This document shows, piece by piece, positions 12,770 through 26,202 of a stretch of DNA of 64,000 nt. Under the pieces are notes generated by a model. It was given only the letters and a program-made list of their open reading frames with translations. It searched no databases and had not been told where the DNA came from. The DNA is taken from the NCBI RefSeq assembly GCF_001447785.1, contig NW_015170892.1, positions 1,049,760-1,113,759 on the forward strand, in the 5' to 3' direction. Origin of the DNA: Gekko japonicus (lineage: Eukaryota). Numbering within the stretch: the stretch's first letter is position 1; every line of letters starts with the position of its first letter. A program made the translations under genes and the position numbers.

Positions 12770-15700
12770 AGGACGCAGAGAAACATTATGGCTCGGCGCC
12801 CTTCCAGCCTGCAACCCATCCCAAAGGTGGTCGGCAGTGGGGCCAGGATTGGTAACCCTCTTCCGTCATTGGTGTTGTGCAATGCCAGGCCCATTAACAA
12901 CAAGACCATAGTCCTCCGGGACTATCTTTTAGAACAAAAAGCAGACCTGGCATGTGTGACCGAGACCTGGGTGCAGGACGGGGAGACCATAGTGCTCTTC
13001 CAACTTGCCCCACCTGGGTTCTCAGTCCTACACCAATCATGGACTAGGGGGCAGGGGGGGAGTGGTTATTTTCATTCAGGAGGCTTACTCCTTCAGGGCA
13101 CTCCCGCCAGTGGAGATCACGGGCGTTGAGTGTGTCGGCCTGGTGCTAGCCTCCCGTCCCCGACAGAGGCCGTATCAGGCTGGGCGTTGGAGCACCCTAG
13201 ACTTTTGGTCCTGGGTGATTTCAACGTCCATGCCGATGATGCGGCGTCCAGTCAGGCAGCGGACCTAGTATCATCCATGGTGGCACTAGGACTCTCCCAA
13301 TTTGTTGCGACCCCCACACACTGGGCTGGGCACACGCTCGATCTGATCTTCGCGGCGGGAATAACTGTGGACCGGATTACTGCATTAGCGGTGCCATGGT
13401 CGGATAACTTCGCCCTGAAGGCCCATCTGAATGTTCCACCCCAACCCTGTTTATGTGGCGAGCAGATTTTAGCTCACCTGCGGAGCCAAATGGACCCTGT
13501 TCGGCTTTAGATGGCTCTGCAGGATCTGATGCTTCCTGGTGGCTCATTGGATGAGCTCGTGGAGGACTGGTATGACTGACTCTCCACAGCCATCGATGAG
13601 ATAACCCCGGCACCCTCTGCGTGCTCGCTCTAAGCTGGCTCCCTGGTATACCCAGGAGTTGCAGCTGATGAAGCAAGAGCTCAGACAACTAGAGAGACGG
13701 TGACACCGTGTTCTTGATGAGGCAACAAGAGCATCTTATAGGATGTTTATGAGATCCTATAAGATGGCGACCAAGGCCGCTAAAAGAGAATTCTATGTGG
13801 CCACAATTGCGTCCGCGAGCTCACGCCCAGCCCAATTATTTAGAACTATTCGGTCTTTAACAGCACTGCCACAGGGCAGGCAAAACGTTAGTGAATTGGA
13901 TATTGGCTGTGAGGCATTTGCGAGCTATTTCATGGATAAAGTCTTGGTGCTCTGCCGTGACCTCCCCGCCACATTTGGAACAGTGAGTGAACTCGAGACC
14001 CCTTGCATGTCTTCGCTGGCTTTGGAGCATTTCGGCCCGCTCAGCCTAGAGGAAATTGACAGATTGCTCGCAGCTAACCACTTGCAGCCTTGATCTGTGC
14101 CCTTCCTGGCTCATTAAAGCAGGTCACAAGGGGTTTCGAGGTGCCCTAAGGGAGATTGTCAACAAGTTCCTCTCTGAGGGGCGGTTCCCTGGGGCACTCT
14201 AGGAAACAATGGTCCACCCCCTCCTTAAGAAACCATCATTGAATCCGGCTGAATTGGCCAACTACCAGCCGGTTTCCAATTTGCCCTATTTGGGCAAATT
14301 AATTGAGAGGGCGGTGACGACACAATTACAGAGCTTCCTGGATGATGCTTCCACCCTAGATCCCTTCCAGTCCAGCTTCTGCCTGGGGCATGGGACAGAG
14401 ACAGCACTGGTTGCCCTTACTGACGACCTCCGGAGGCATCTGGATCGAGGCGGTGTGGCAGTATTGCTGTTGTTAGATCTTTTGGCCGTGTTTGACATGG
14501 TTGACCATCAGCTGCTGACCTGCCGCCTCGCCGACGTGGGGATACAGGGGCTTGATCTCCAATGGCTCGCTTCTTTCCTCCAGGGTCGGGGACAAAGGGT
14601 GGCGCTAGGGGAACAGCAGTCCCGGAGACACCCACTTGAATGTGGTGTGCCTCAGGGGGCTGTGCTTTCCCCGATGTTGTTTAACATCTACATGTGCCCC
14701 CTTGCCCAGATAGCTTGGAGGCATGGGCTAGGGTGTCATCAATATGCAGATGACACTCAGCTCTATCTGATGTTGGGCGGCTGGTTGGACTCCAGCCCAG
14801 AAGATCTGAACCGGGCTTTGCAAGCCGTGGCTGGTTGGCTTAGATTGAGCCGGCCGAAGCTAAATCCAGTGAAGACGGAGGTCCTGTGCCTGAGTTGGAG
14901 TGGTTGGGGGATGGGGCTCCCTCTCCCGACCTTCGATGGGGTGCCTTTGATGCCTACATTGGAGGTTAGAAGTCTGGGTGTGCTCCTGGATCCCTCCTTA
15001 ACTATGGAGGCCCAGGTGGCAGCCACTGCCAGGTCAGCCTTTTACCATCTTCGGCTGATTCGGCAGTTGGTCCCCTATCTCGACCATGATGACCTGGCTA
15101 CAGTGATCCATGCGACGGTCACCTCAAGATTAGACTACTGTAACGGCCTCTNNNNNNNNNNNNNNNNNNNNNNNNNNNNNNNNNNNNNNNNNNNNNNNNN
15201 NNNNNNNNNNNNNNNNNNNNNNNNNNNNNNNNNNNNNNNNNNNNNNNNNNNNNNNNNNNNNNNNNNNNNNNNNNNNNNNNNNNNNNNNNNNNNNNNNNNN
15301 NNNNNNNNNNNNNNNNNNNNNNNNNNNNNNNNNNNNNNNNNNNNNNNNNNNNNNNNNNNNNNNNNNNNNNNNNNNNNNNNNNNNNNNNNNNNNNNNNNNN
15401 NNNNNNNNNNNNNNNNNNNNNNNNNNNNNNNNNNNNNNNNNNNNNNNNNNNNNNNNNNNNNNNNNNNNNNNNNNNNNNNNNNNNNNNNNNNNNNNNNNNN
15501 NNNNNNNNNNNNNNNNNNNNNNNNNNNNNNNNNNNNNNNNNNNNNNNNNNNNNNNNNNNNNNNNNNNNNNNNNNNNNNNNNNNNNNNNNNNNNNNNNNGA
15601 TTTGGGCTTGAGTAACATCTGCTGATCACCATCTTGACTTGACTTATTTGACTAAATTATTAATATTAACATCACTGAGCACTTTAATTTTGATAAAATG

Positions 15701-15829
15701 GTTGGTTTTTATGCATTTTAATGTTTTATACTTGGCACATGGTGCCCTTGTTTGTTAGCCACCCTGAGCCCATTCGCGGGGAGGGCGGGATAAAAATATA
15801 ATAAATAAATAAATAAATAAATAATAAAT
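12770..15829 (+). mobile_element. 5'-truncated L2-clade LINE; ORF2 (APE endonuclease + RT) disrupted by stops and frameshifts
   Basis: APE motifs LCNARPI, CVTETW, LGDFNVH, GHTLDLIF; RT motifs GHGTETAL, GVPQGAVLSP, YADDTQLY, SRLDYCN; 3' tail gagggcgggata(aaat)n. The 5' boundary is approximate. Confidence 0.92.
15152..15598. other. Assembly gap (447 N)
   Basis: Run of N inside the LINE, where the ORF2 C-terminus is expected. Confidence 1.
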
Positions 15830-18800
15830 CACTGCAGTGCTTCTGTCAGCAACAGTTTCCAGATATATATGAAGAACTCATGGCCAAAAGTACGGCAAAG
15901 AAAAACATTCTTTCTAAAAGAAATATTGAAATCCAATAAATAAATTATTTTAAAAAATTATGAAGCACGCTAAAAAAAATAAATAAATAAATATTGAGAC
16001 AAGTGCACAGATAAAAATTAAAGAATCTACCTGTGAAATAGCCAGGTGTGCTACTTCACATGACACTCTAGAAATCAGCTTATTTCCTCTTCTAACATGT
16101 TGTTTAGAAATAAAACTGAGATGAAGGATACGTATAATAATAATGCTTCATTTCTCTCATGGGGTCATAAAACCAAAGTGGTAAGATAAAAATATCTACA
16201 CTAAGATATCTTAGAGTGGTAACATACAGAGTTCTTGACGATCACAGGTGAATATGGAAGATGACTGAAATGGAGACAAGAGCACCGCCTGCAGAAAAAG
16301 CGGAGGCTGTTCTTCCCAACAAGAAGAGTTATTGTACAGTACAGTTAAATTAAAAGAAAAACCTGGGAGGGTGTGAAAGTTGGGAACCTAACTGCATATA
16401 AGCAAGATATCCAGGAACCAGCTCCTGAAAAAAAGATTTCATTGGTGTTTATCTGGCTGGTTCCTAAGGTAACTCTACTAAACAGAATCATCTTATCTCC
16501 CAAATCAGTGAGAAAAGACAATAAAAGGGAGAGGGGGCAGCATCTATACAGACTCTTTAGACAAAAAAAAATCAGTCTTGGCTCACAGAAGTATTGAAGT
16601 TCTATAGTTGTCAAAGTGAGCATGTGACAGGCACTGAACTTTTTATGATTTTAAAATGCTGTTACAATAATAACTCATATAATGTACTTTAGATTCAGTA
16701 TGCAATCCAATACTCCACAGGCTCTGGGAAATATACGCTCCTTGCATATTAAGTGTCTTCTATGCAGTATGTGAGCTGTTGGATGGGGAGCATAATGCAT
16801 CCCTGGCTCTATTGTTAGACTGATGCAGTCCTAGTTGTTAAAGCTGTAGCAGGATGACTTTTTAAGGTCAAGATGTCTTTACTTTGAAAAAAAGCAAGGA
16901 GCATTATTAGGGTGTGGGGTAAAAGAGAGAGGCAGAACAGCTTATACCACATATAATACATGAGACATTCAAATACTACACTTGTTCAGAGACATAATCA
17001 GCTGACATTGCAACAGCAGTTTCTTTAAATGTAAACTGTAAACCTCTCAGCAAATCAGTCAACACATTAGCACAATGCTCTTTCGTGCCACTCTGATAAA
17101 TTTGAAGCATAAATCTAGAATACTTGTCTAAGCTAAAGCATCTGAGAATGATAATTTAGCTGCAAGAAAATAAAGTACAAGGTATTTATTCTGGCAGACT
17201 ACTGACTTAAAGGGTTGCCTTGTTGAATCAGGACAGCACTTTAGGAAATGAAAATCAACCCAGCAACAGAATCAGCACTTCCCACGTACTTCAAGAGAAC
17301 AGGATTAAGTCACTGGTCCCTATGAAAACTGTATGTTTTACTCAATAGCATATAATTTCACACACTTTTTACTGTCATCAAAATGAAATGTTAGGTGTAC
17401 TAAGCACACAGCATACCAGCATGGACAGCTCACAACAATAACTGACAGGATGTACCTCAGATGTAGGGTAAATATAACTCTGGTCACTATCCTAACAACC
17501 TTGTGTGGGAGGCACATGGAGTTTTCCTATGCTCCCTTCCATCACTGCAGCTCCCTCTGATCCCTGGAAAGATCATTCCTGGGGTTGCAGAATCCTCACA
17601 GAGGAAAAGCCAGGTCGGACGGCAGGCTAGAACGAGGAGAGCAAGGGGATGAAATTGCCATTCCCCTCAAGGGAGCCATGCTTGAGGAAGAGAAAGGAGA
17701 AACAACTTCTATTCATCGTCTCTCCACACTCTCCTCCACGCGGGTCCCTTAACCATAGCACTGATCTCTCCAGAGGTCAGAAAGCTGCAGCAATGAAGAA
17801 GAATGGAGAACTAGTCCTTCCACATATGGATTAGCAGGATGCTGCCCATTATCTAGCAATTCAAAGCATGTGAATCCAAAGTATTCTGATAACTACCCTC
17901 CCCAAATATTTCCACATGTTTGAAAAACAGAGGCACAATCTCCAAAGCATCCCACAATGTATCAGGTAATGGCTCTGCCCCAAAGATAACCAAGACCTCA
18001 TAAAATGACTCGTATATGCTGGGTCTAGCCTCCAGCAAGCCAAAAACATCCCTGAGGTCCCAGATCTGCCACTCTAATTCCACCGAACACCTACTTCTGC
18101 ATAACCCATCATATAGCAGAGGTTCTTTTCTGACTTCAAAGGGCACTCTGATTACTGTGCTGCTCCCGAGAGACCATGGCCCTTCTCCATCTGTTTGCAT
18201 TCCTTCATGTTTTACATGTTGCTCTGCTTTCTACCATTCTGGAGCTGCATAATGAACATACAAGTAGGAAACTACATGTACCCCATCAAATGACAACCAC
18301 ATATTCTGTATCGGGGTTAAGATGGGGGGGGGATTTATTAGCAACTGGAAATACAAAACATGGATATCCTGATCTTCTCAGGGTACATACAATTCTCTAC
18401 ATAAAGGCAAACTTGTGTAGAAAATTTATCATTTGTGATTAGGGCCCTCAGAGACAGCTGGACTGAAAGCTCTTCCACACTGGCACAGATAGATTAGAAG
18501 TAGTTTTAAAAAACAGACACATCGGATTCTGAACAGGTGAGGTCTTTATCTTAACAGAAGAAATAGCAAACGCTGTAATAGTAACTTTTTAACAAGCAAT
18601 CAGCTATATAGGCTTCCTTCTGGGTGCTTTGAATGGCAGTAAGAGATTCGCTCTTTTAACAAGGCTTAGTATTATTCACCTTCTATAAAGGTTTAACCCA
18701 AAATAGAATGTTTCCCTGGGCTACACAGCACAGAAAAACTATTGCAACTGCACAAGTCTTCAATCTTCCACTGTGACTGCCACTGTGATTCCACATTTCT

Positions 18801-20890
18801 CTTTTCCAAATGACTGCACAGAGGGCTGAACTTTTAGACTGAACAGGGGGAAGGGGGGAGATGCTGCACTTCATACATTCCTCCGTAAGCGTCCTGGGGT
18901 AATGTTAACTACGCTTCGCACTGACTAGCATGTTCTAAAATGCTAAGATCTCTGTGGGCTTTCTCAAATAAAAAGCCCTGATCCCCATTCCCTGTATAAT
19001 TTACTGAGGAAGGGTGAAACAAGGCTCCATTTAATCCAGTGAGGTTTTTATCCATTCGGGGAGGGATCGTACCCAAGGACCCAATTATCTACTAAAATGG
19101 TCGGACATCTATTCAGACACTGTTGGGTGGCTACATTTTTTGATAACAGAGAAAAACAGGTTGTTGTTCCGGCAGAACAATGGTTGCTCTCTGAGCATTC
19201 AAAGGATGCAAGGTCCTCTTCTGCTTTTGAGTTTGGATTTGGGAAGTAAGCAGAAGGGACCTGAGTCTTGGAGTACCCTCAGGGTTCTTCAACATGGTGC
19301 CTGTGAGAGCCATGGCCCGCCACGACCTCCCCTCGCACTTGCTATGCTTTTTAGAAAGTAGGAAGGGCCATTTTAAGGTAGGGCTTGTTACTGGCCGCTC
19401 TCATTCAAATGAAAGGGTCTCCCACAGCTCCAATAGCAGCCACAGCCCCAGAGGATCAAGAGGACTAGTAAGAACCCAGATGATCCTTTCCTTAGTCAAT
19501 GTATGGTTCTATTCCCCCCCCCTTAAAACTCCTCCCTTTTGTTTTGTTCCACGCCCCCCCCCCCGGTCAGAGTTTCCTTCATTTCTTTTTAATCTCTTTC
19601 TCTTGTTTGAGAAACAAGTATTTATAATTTTTTTTCTTTAAAAAGCCTCCCCTCCCCCCGAAATAGAAGTCCTACCAATATGAAAAGCAAGAGGAAGGTT
19701 TAAATGACACGAATGTCACTAAACTGATTGTCATCTAGAATGTTTGCCAGTCAGAGCACAGACAATTCTGACTTTGACAGACCAATGATCTTACTCTGTA
19801 TCAGGCTCCTTCATGTGTTCATTGCAGAATATGATGAGGCAAAGAGGGTGAGAGCAGTGGCATGGAGCTTTTGACCTGACCAGCTTTTGCCACAAGCTTC
19901 TTTTGCAAAGCAGGGAGAGAGCTTTGTTTGTTCTGGTCTTATGGTCTGGGGAGATGGGTTGTTGCATGAGGGAACATGAGTGTTCTGGAGTAGAAGCCCA
20001 CCCCCTCCCTTCTCCAGCAGCTGACCACGCTTCCAATGAAAATGCAGACAACCTTGACAGACAAATGGCCAGACTCTTGATATGGCAGCTTCATGTTCTC
20101 AGTGAGGCTGGCATGTAATTCCTTTGCAAAGTGAGGAGGGAGCTATGTGGTTGGTTCTACCTCCTGCAGCACCCATTCTGGGGTGGTGCATACCACTCCC
20201 TCTCAAAATCCCAAAGGTGCTTACAGGCTCAAAAGGATTGGGGACCACTGGTGTATATAAAAACTACAGACCATTTTTGGTAGAAAAAAGCGGTCTGTGG
20301 TTACAGGACATCTTTGTCCCTGAAGATTTGGAAGTAAGAAGGGTCTGAGAGTAGACAGCAGAGTTTAGTGGCCCTCCTTGATGAACAGAGTACCTCTAGG
20401 AAGGCCGCATTAGAAGCAAAGAGCCTCAGCTCACTAACACTTTAAACTGTCTGCCCATGAGTTGGGTGAGGGCAAACTGAAAATCCCACACAGGTGTTGG
20501 CGGTTTAGCTGCAGATTGGGATCCAGTGAGGCTGTCATGATTGCCATCATGTCCCAAGTAAGTATTCTCACTTTTGCATATTTTCCCTGAGTGATATTCT
20601 CTAGGTGCTAGAACAGACCCAATTAGCTTTAGAGGTGGGCCTCCCTCTTTAAATTACATTTTTCAGATTAACTTTTCCGTTTTGGAAGCATACAGCAAAC
20701 AACAATGAAGAGATATCTTTTCTTTGTTTTATTCTTGTTTAAGAAATATGTATATTTTTAAACATTAACCACAAATTCTAGCTATCTTTGTCAATCTGTT
20801 AGATGCTGCCATACAAGGGGAAGAAGAAATCTGTTCCTCAGAAGATTTTTAGATCACATGCCTGCTTTAAATTGAAATAAAGTTACTTAC

Positions 20891-21050
20891 AGATTGACTG
20901 CCCAGTCTGTTATGTCACCGCTTTCTGTAATAAGATTATTCTTTTCAATCTCTGGAGGGCTGCTTGGGGTGGCAGCTGTAGGAGACTGAGAAGACAATGA
21001 GTCCGTGCTACCAGTGGGAGTGCATTCTTTGGGAGGGCTCAGACTGTCAC
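20891..21050 (-). CDS. ARHGAP10: ARHGAP10 coding exon (160 nt), Ser/Pro linker: (S)DSLSPPKECTPTGSTDSLSSQSPTAATPSSPPEIEKNNLITESGDITDWAVN(L)
   Basis: Not in the ORF track, found by hand; ttttccag acceptor, gtaagt donor; open in phase 1 to phase 2; resembles the recalled KEDTPTSSLDSLSS...DWA segment. Confidence 0.9.
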
Positions 21051-21277
21051 CTGGAAAATAAGAAATATTTTAACACTAGAGGGAAGTACTAAATCAAATC
21101 AAATTACTTATTACCCAAATGGCAATGCATCACTGTATCTAATTCTCAGGATGGAGATTTGAGCTATGAACAGACAGTGCCGATCTTTCTACAAACCCAA
21201 GAGAAACCCCAGGACTGCAGAATAATCCAAAATTTAGATATTAAAAAGTGGATAATCCCCCCATAACAGAAGCAGCA

Positions 21278-21840
21278 CCTATAACTTTAAGAAACCAATG
21301 ACCTCTATAGCTGTTACTAGGCAACCATACGAGTACTGCCAACATTCAAGCCTTGGTTTCTGTCGGTAAAAGGCAGTGTGGGGGGGGGCAAGGCACTTTA
21401 TAGGGCTGAAGACTGGGGGGGCAGACAAAGGCTGGTTGGTTAGTGTGAAAGAGAGAAGGAAGCAAGTGAAAAGGTAAAGATATGGAAGCTTCCAGAAGGA
21501 GGGGGAAAGGAAATAGTGTGGGGAGGGGGATACAGGGGAAAGGTGTCCCCTGCAAGTCCTTGAGGGTACCCCATTGTGCAACTGGCCCTGGTCCAGTGTT
21601 CAGCAACTGGGCTTGATCCTGACAGGTAGACAGCACCATGCAACAGAGTTTTCCTGAAGAGACTGCCAGTGGGAAGGAAAGCTGAAGACAGTGGGGCTAA
21701 TAAGGATAGGTTGGTGAAGGAGAAAAGAAAGCAAGAAAAGGAGAGAGGTTATGGGGGCTTTCAGGGAAGGAACAGAGGAAGTAGTAGGAGAGGGGAGAAT
21801 AAGATGTTTCCCCACAAGTCCTTGCAGGTTTTCTGTTTGT
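21278..21840 (+). mobile_element. Helitron-like element with two serial 3'-end motifs
   Basis: cccctgcaagtccttgagggtaccccattgt (ends 21577) and ccccacaagtccttgcaggttttctgtttgt (ends 21840); purine-rich interior. Confidence 0.45.
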
Positions 21841-22979
21841 AAAATAATAATCAGAATGGTTAAAATAAAAACAAAGCTATGCAGATACAGTGGTGAAAAT
21901 AGTGATCTGAACACTATTCCTAATACCTGCTAATTCCAGAATATAAATTAGGTGGTAGCAAATTAAAGGAAGACAGTGCTAGTTTCTAAAATGAATCATT
22001 TCAACACACAACTAATCATATTCACTGGCACATTAGAGCTGTTTAGCTTGCTTCTGTGCATCTGATGCCTTGAGCAGGAGATTTTAAGATACTGTGGTTC
22101 ACATTTGCATGACATGACAAAGGCTTTTGTAGTAAATTAGATTGCGTGTGATACACCTACATCTAATTTACAGGCATATATGTTACAATGAGAAACATAT
22201 TCTAAAATATTAGACAATAATATAAGTAATCTTTATGAACTAACTTAGAGCTGTTTCACTTGTGACTTTTTCCAGTACAGAGATTAATGTGATTTACAAA
22301 TATGATTTTATTCTATGACTGGCAGCACATGTTTCTGATTTCAAACAAACAAAAGTACTGTGTTCAAGCTAGAAGAAACCAAGCAAGGAAGCGGGCTTCC
22401 ACATTCATTGCCAGTGTACCTCTTGATGCACATTCACATCACAATAGCAATGCTGGGCTCGGTGAATTGACTAGATGTGCTTAGAATACATACCCCTATC
22501 TGGGGTCACTAGTCCCATCACACGGTGAGCTGCATACTACTGGAGCTACACTGGGGTCAGGGTACATGTTTCTTTGTTGAGTTCTAATGTGAAGAAGAAC
22601 CACTACTTGCCACACACACACAAATGTTCAAGAAGCACAATGCTCAGATGACACCAAGTTCTACATTTCATCTAAGACTCCAGGTGCATCTGTTCGATCT
22701 CTGAAACAGTGTTTTGAGGCCCTGGTTAAGGCAGAACTAGCCGAATCCAGACAAGACAGAAGTGATGCTAATAGGGGAGGCTGATGTTTTAGAGAGATTG
22801 GTCCCACTTATAGTGGATGGAGTACAGCTGGCACTCACAGAGGAGGGTAAGAGCGTGGGTGTATTCTTCAGCCTTGCTATTTGAAAAGCTGGTTGGTGGA
22901 GTAGCCAGGAGTGCCTTCTACCGGCCATGTCTGGTTTGCCAGTTCTCTCTCTTCCTAGACTCAGCTGACTTGTAACTTC

Positions 22980-23860
22980 TTGGTTATATTACTGCAAAGT
23001 GCTCTACGATGGGCTGCTCTTGAAAGCAACCTGGAAATTGCAACTGATTCAGAATGAAGCAGCCTGATTATAGCCAGGGCTCTAGTCGGGGGGGAGCTCT
23101 CAGGTACGGAGCTCCGGAAGAGAACCTCTAGGGGGCGGGGCCGTCACGTGGTGAAGCCCCGCCCCCTTCTTTACCCCGCCCTCTGCTTCGATCCTCATTC
23201 CATTTGGGAATGAGGATGAAGCAGGAGGGTAAGTAGCCGGGCCTTCTGACACACTTCCGGTGATGTCAGGGGGTGTGGCCTTCTGTCACTTCCGGTGATG
23301 TCAGGGGGCGTGGCATATGCAAATAAGTTATGCTAATGAGTTATGCTAATGAGCTCCGGCAGCTCTTTTTCTACAACAAGACACCTGATTATAGCTATGT
23401 GATGGCCCACCGAGAACACATGCTGCCTATTTCAAAGCATCTTCACTGGCTTCATGTTTATCCCCAAATTCAATTCAAAGTCCTGATTATGACCTTTAAT
23501 GTCCTTCATGGCCCAGGACCCACATATCCAAAGACTGTCTTTTCCCCCATGTGCCAGCCACTCTTCAGATTGCTACTTTCTGGTTGTTCCCCCATTCCAG
23601 GATCAAAAAGGGCCCATATTTTTTTTCTTTCTGTGATTGTTCCCACTTTATGGAATGAGTCCCCAAAGAAAGTGAGTGCCACCCTTGGAAATTCTTAGGA
23701 GGTATGATAGAGCTATTTTGATTTACCAGGGCCTTTAATAGAGCGTAGGTTGCAGGAGTTTTATTAGATGTGGGGGATTTTTCCACTATTGTATGTTTTC
23801 ATTATATACTGCAAGTCATCATGAGCCATGGCAACATTTTACTAAATAAATAAATAAAAT
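22980..23860 (+). mobile_element. Old L2 3' fragment interrupted by the hAT element at 23075-23387
   Basis: LQLIQNEAA before the hAT element and HLHWLHV..QIQFKVLIMTF after it; (taaa)n tail near 23850. Confidence 0.7.
23075..23387. mobile_element. Non-autonomous hAT element (313 bp) inserted in an old L2 fragment
   Basis: Perfect 8-bp TSD attatagc (23067-23074 / 23388-23395); CAGG...CCTG ends; subterminal cacttccggtgatgtcagggg and atgctaatgag repeats. Confidence 0.85.
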
Positions 23861-25850
23861 ACTACAACAGAAATGTAGCCTGAACTTCAAGTATGCATTT
23901 GTGACAAGCTCTGATACAAATTTCACAAATATTTTCCAGGCATGTAAGGGTTACAGCTGAAGATTTTGAGGGTGCAAGTTAACAATATTATAATCAAATA
24001 TTGTGTGTGTGAAGGGGAATTACAAAAGTATACATTACATTACAGATGTATACATTAAGCATACAAGCTTTTTTTAAAAAAATCCAATGGTATGCGATTT
24101 AGATCCTTTTATTAAGTTACATTACTATGCTTAGAACAAACCCCAGTCCAAAAAGGTCAGCTGAAGACAACATGAATTAGTTTGTGTAGCAAGAGAGACA
24201 AATTAGGTTACAACATCAATACAAGTCAAAGTAAATTAATTTACAGTGTGAAGTAGCACAGATATCTCATAACTGCAGCAGACATCAAAAGGGAAGTATC
24301 TTTCTCCATCAACCAAAATATTCCAACACCCTATAGAAAACAACTGCATGTGAGAGTCTCTCTTTTGTTGTGTCTGTGTAAACTCAATTAAGCCATGTTA
24401 ACAACAATTGTGATACATTGTGGAAATATTTTCCAGTGGCACCTTTTCTCCAGAGACAATCCCAGAAAACAGCTAAGTGGAGAAAAATCAGTGATACTGT
24501 TGCCAGGAGGAAAAGGTAAGTGTATCAATTTGGACCAGAGAGCTCCCTGCTGTTCTATACAGAGTAACTCCAGTCTGAACATGATCAGCAACTTGGGTGA
24601 CAACACAGTACACTTTCATTCAATAACATAAAGTGCTGCTAGTTGGTGAGGAACATCCCACGGCTGCTGTCCTGTAGCATGAATTCTGCAAAGGGTTGAG
24701 TACCCAAATGGAAGAAGAATGGTGTGGCACAGAAGCAACCCTCAACACAAGAGGCAGTGGCACAACACATTCAATGCTACTACTTGGCTTTTGAGACAGG
24801 AGTGGCTCCAGGCTACAATGATGCCCAGATTCCTTGAAGCCTTTGTAAAATCTGCTTGTTCTGAAGAAACACCTTCATATGGACATCAACTTTAGAACAG
24901 ATTTCAAGTCACCTCTCACCAAGATGCCATATTTAAAGAGTACAGTTCTGAAGCGAATTAAGCTCTGAAGAGAATTCAACACACATTGTATCTGAAGCAC
25001 ACACTCAAAAATGACATCTGCTTCCACAACTAGAGACCATGGAACTGTTTCAGTTACTACTGCAACATCTCTCTAGCATTGACAACAGACTTTAATTTTC
25101 AAACATAATACTTAAATATAGGCTTCCGCATGCTATATGCAAAATGGTCTAAAGGCCTTCCTTATTATATATATTTTAAATGAGATTGAATTACATTACT
25201 GCAAAGTATTGTCCATTTGAATATCAAAAGTTCCAAGTTCCAAGTGGACAACAGCTGTTCAACTCCTTCACCAAGGCAATGCATTACATATTTTAAGGAG
25301 AGGAAAAAATACCTAGTTTAATACATTGTAACATACGGATGGCAAAGCTTTATTTATTATATTTGCTTCCTACCCTTTTCTCTGTAGAATTCAGAGAAGC
25401 ATTTTAACCTCATAATAACTCTGTGAGGCAGATTAGGCTGTAAGGACGCTACCTACACCTTTATAGTTCAATGGGGTTTTGAGACCAGGGTTCTCCCATT
25501 CAAATGCAACCCTTCACATGATAAAAGGACTTTTACCTACTGCTGTAGCAACTGGGGTGACTGGGGGAGGCGACTTTGAAATTACCCCAAAAAAACTTTG
25601 TAAAAGCTCTTTGGTGGAAGAAAATGTTTTTGGTGTACCTGGATTTCAACTAACCTCCATCTCAATGCCTTCATGTTTTTCACATTCCCTATTAAGTGTT
25701 AAAGGTTTTGTTTTGTTTTTAGTTGCTAACAAATGCACACAACCATGCTCACCTGGTACCTCCCTTACAACCCTGTAGGCATCAAGCTAAAACATTTATT
25801 TTCACCCAGGCGTTTAACTGAGGGTTCTATCTTTTAGCTGTTTTATTGTC

Positions 25851-26202
25851 TGCTGCGGTGGCTCAAGTGGTTAAGACGCTGAACTGCAGGCTATGGAAGG
25901 TCAGTAGTTCAGCAGTTCGAGACCCGAGTTGCCGTATGACAGAGTGAGCTCCCGTCTCTAGTTCCAGCTCCTGCTAACCTAGCCGTTCGAAAGCAAGAAA
26001 TTGCAAGTAGATAAATAGGGACCACTTCGATGGGAAGGTAACAGCGTTCCTTGCGCCTTGGTGTTTAGTCATGCCGGCCACATGACCACGGAAACGTCTT
26101 CGGACAGCGCTGGCTCTTCGGCTTTGAAACGGAGATGAGCACCGCAACCCTAGAGTCGGACTCGACTGGCTTTCGAACAAGGGAATCTTTACCTTTACCT
26201 TA
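25851..26202 (+). mobile_element. Sauria SINE (tRNA-derived), near full length
   Basis: A box ggtggctcaagtggttaag, B-box-like gttcgagacc, body aagtagataaatagggacc...gagatgagcaccgc, (accttt)n tail. Confidence 0.85.

Noticed and set aside
14209-15632. 468-aa, 162-aa and 165-aa ORFs
   Set aside because: Their lengths are inflated by the N gap; the real part is decayed L2 RT, not a host gene or an intact element.
22737-22928. Ser/Thr-rich minus-strand ORF as an alternative linker exon
   Set aside because: No convincing flanking splice sites in the needed phase and no recognisable similarity.
25851-25930. tRNA gene
   Set aside because: The A and B boxes belong to SINE heads (also at 37459 and 40504); no full cloverleaf.
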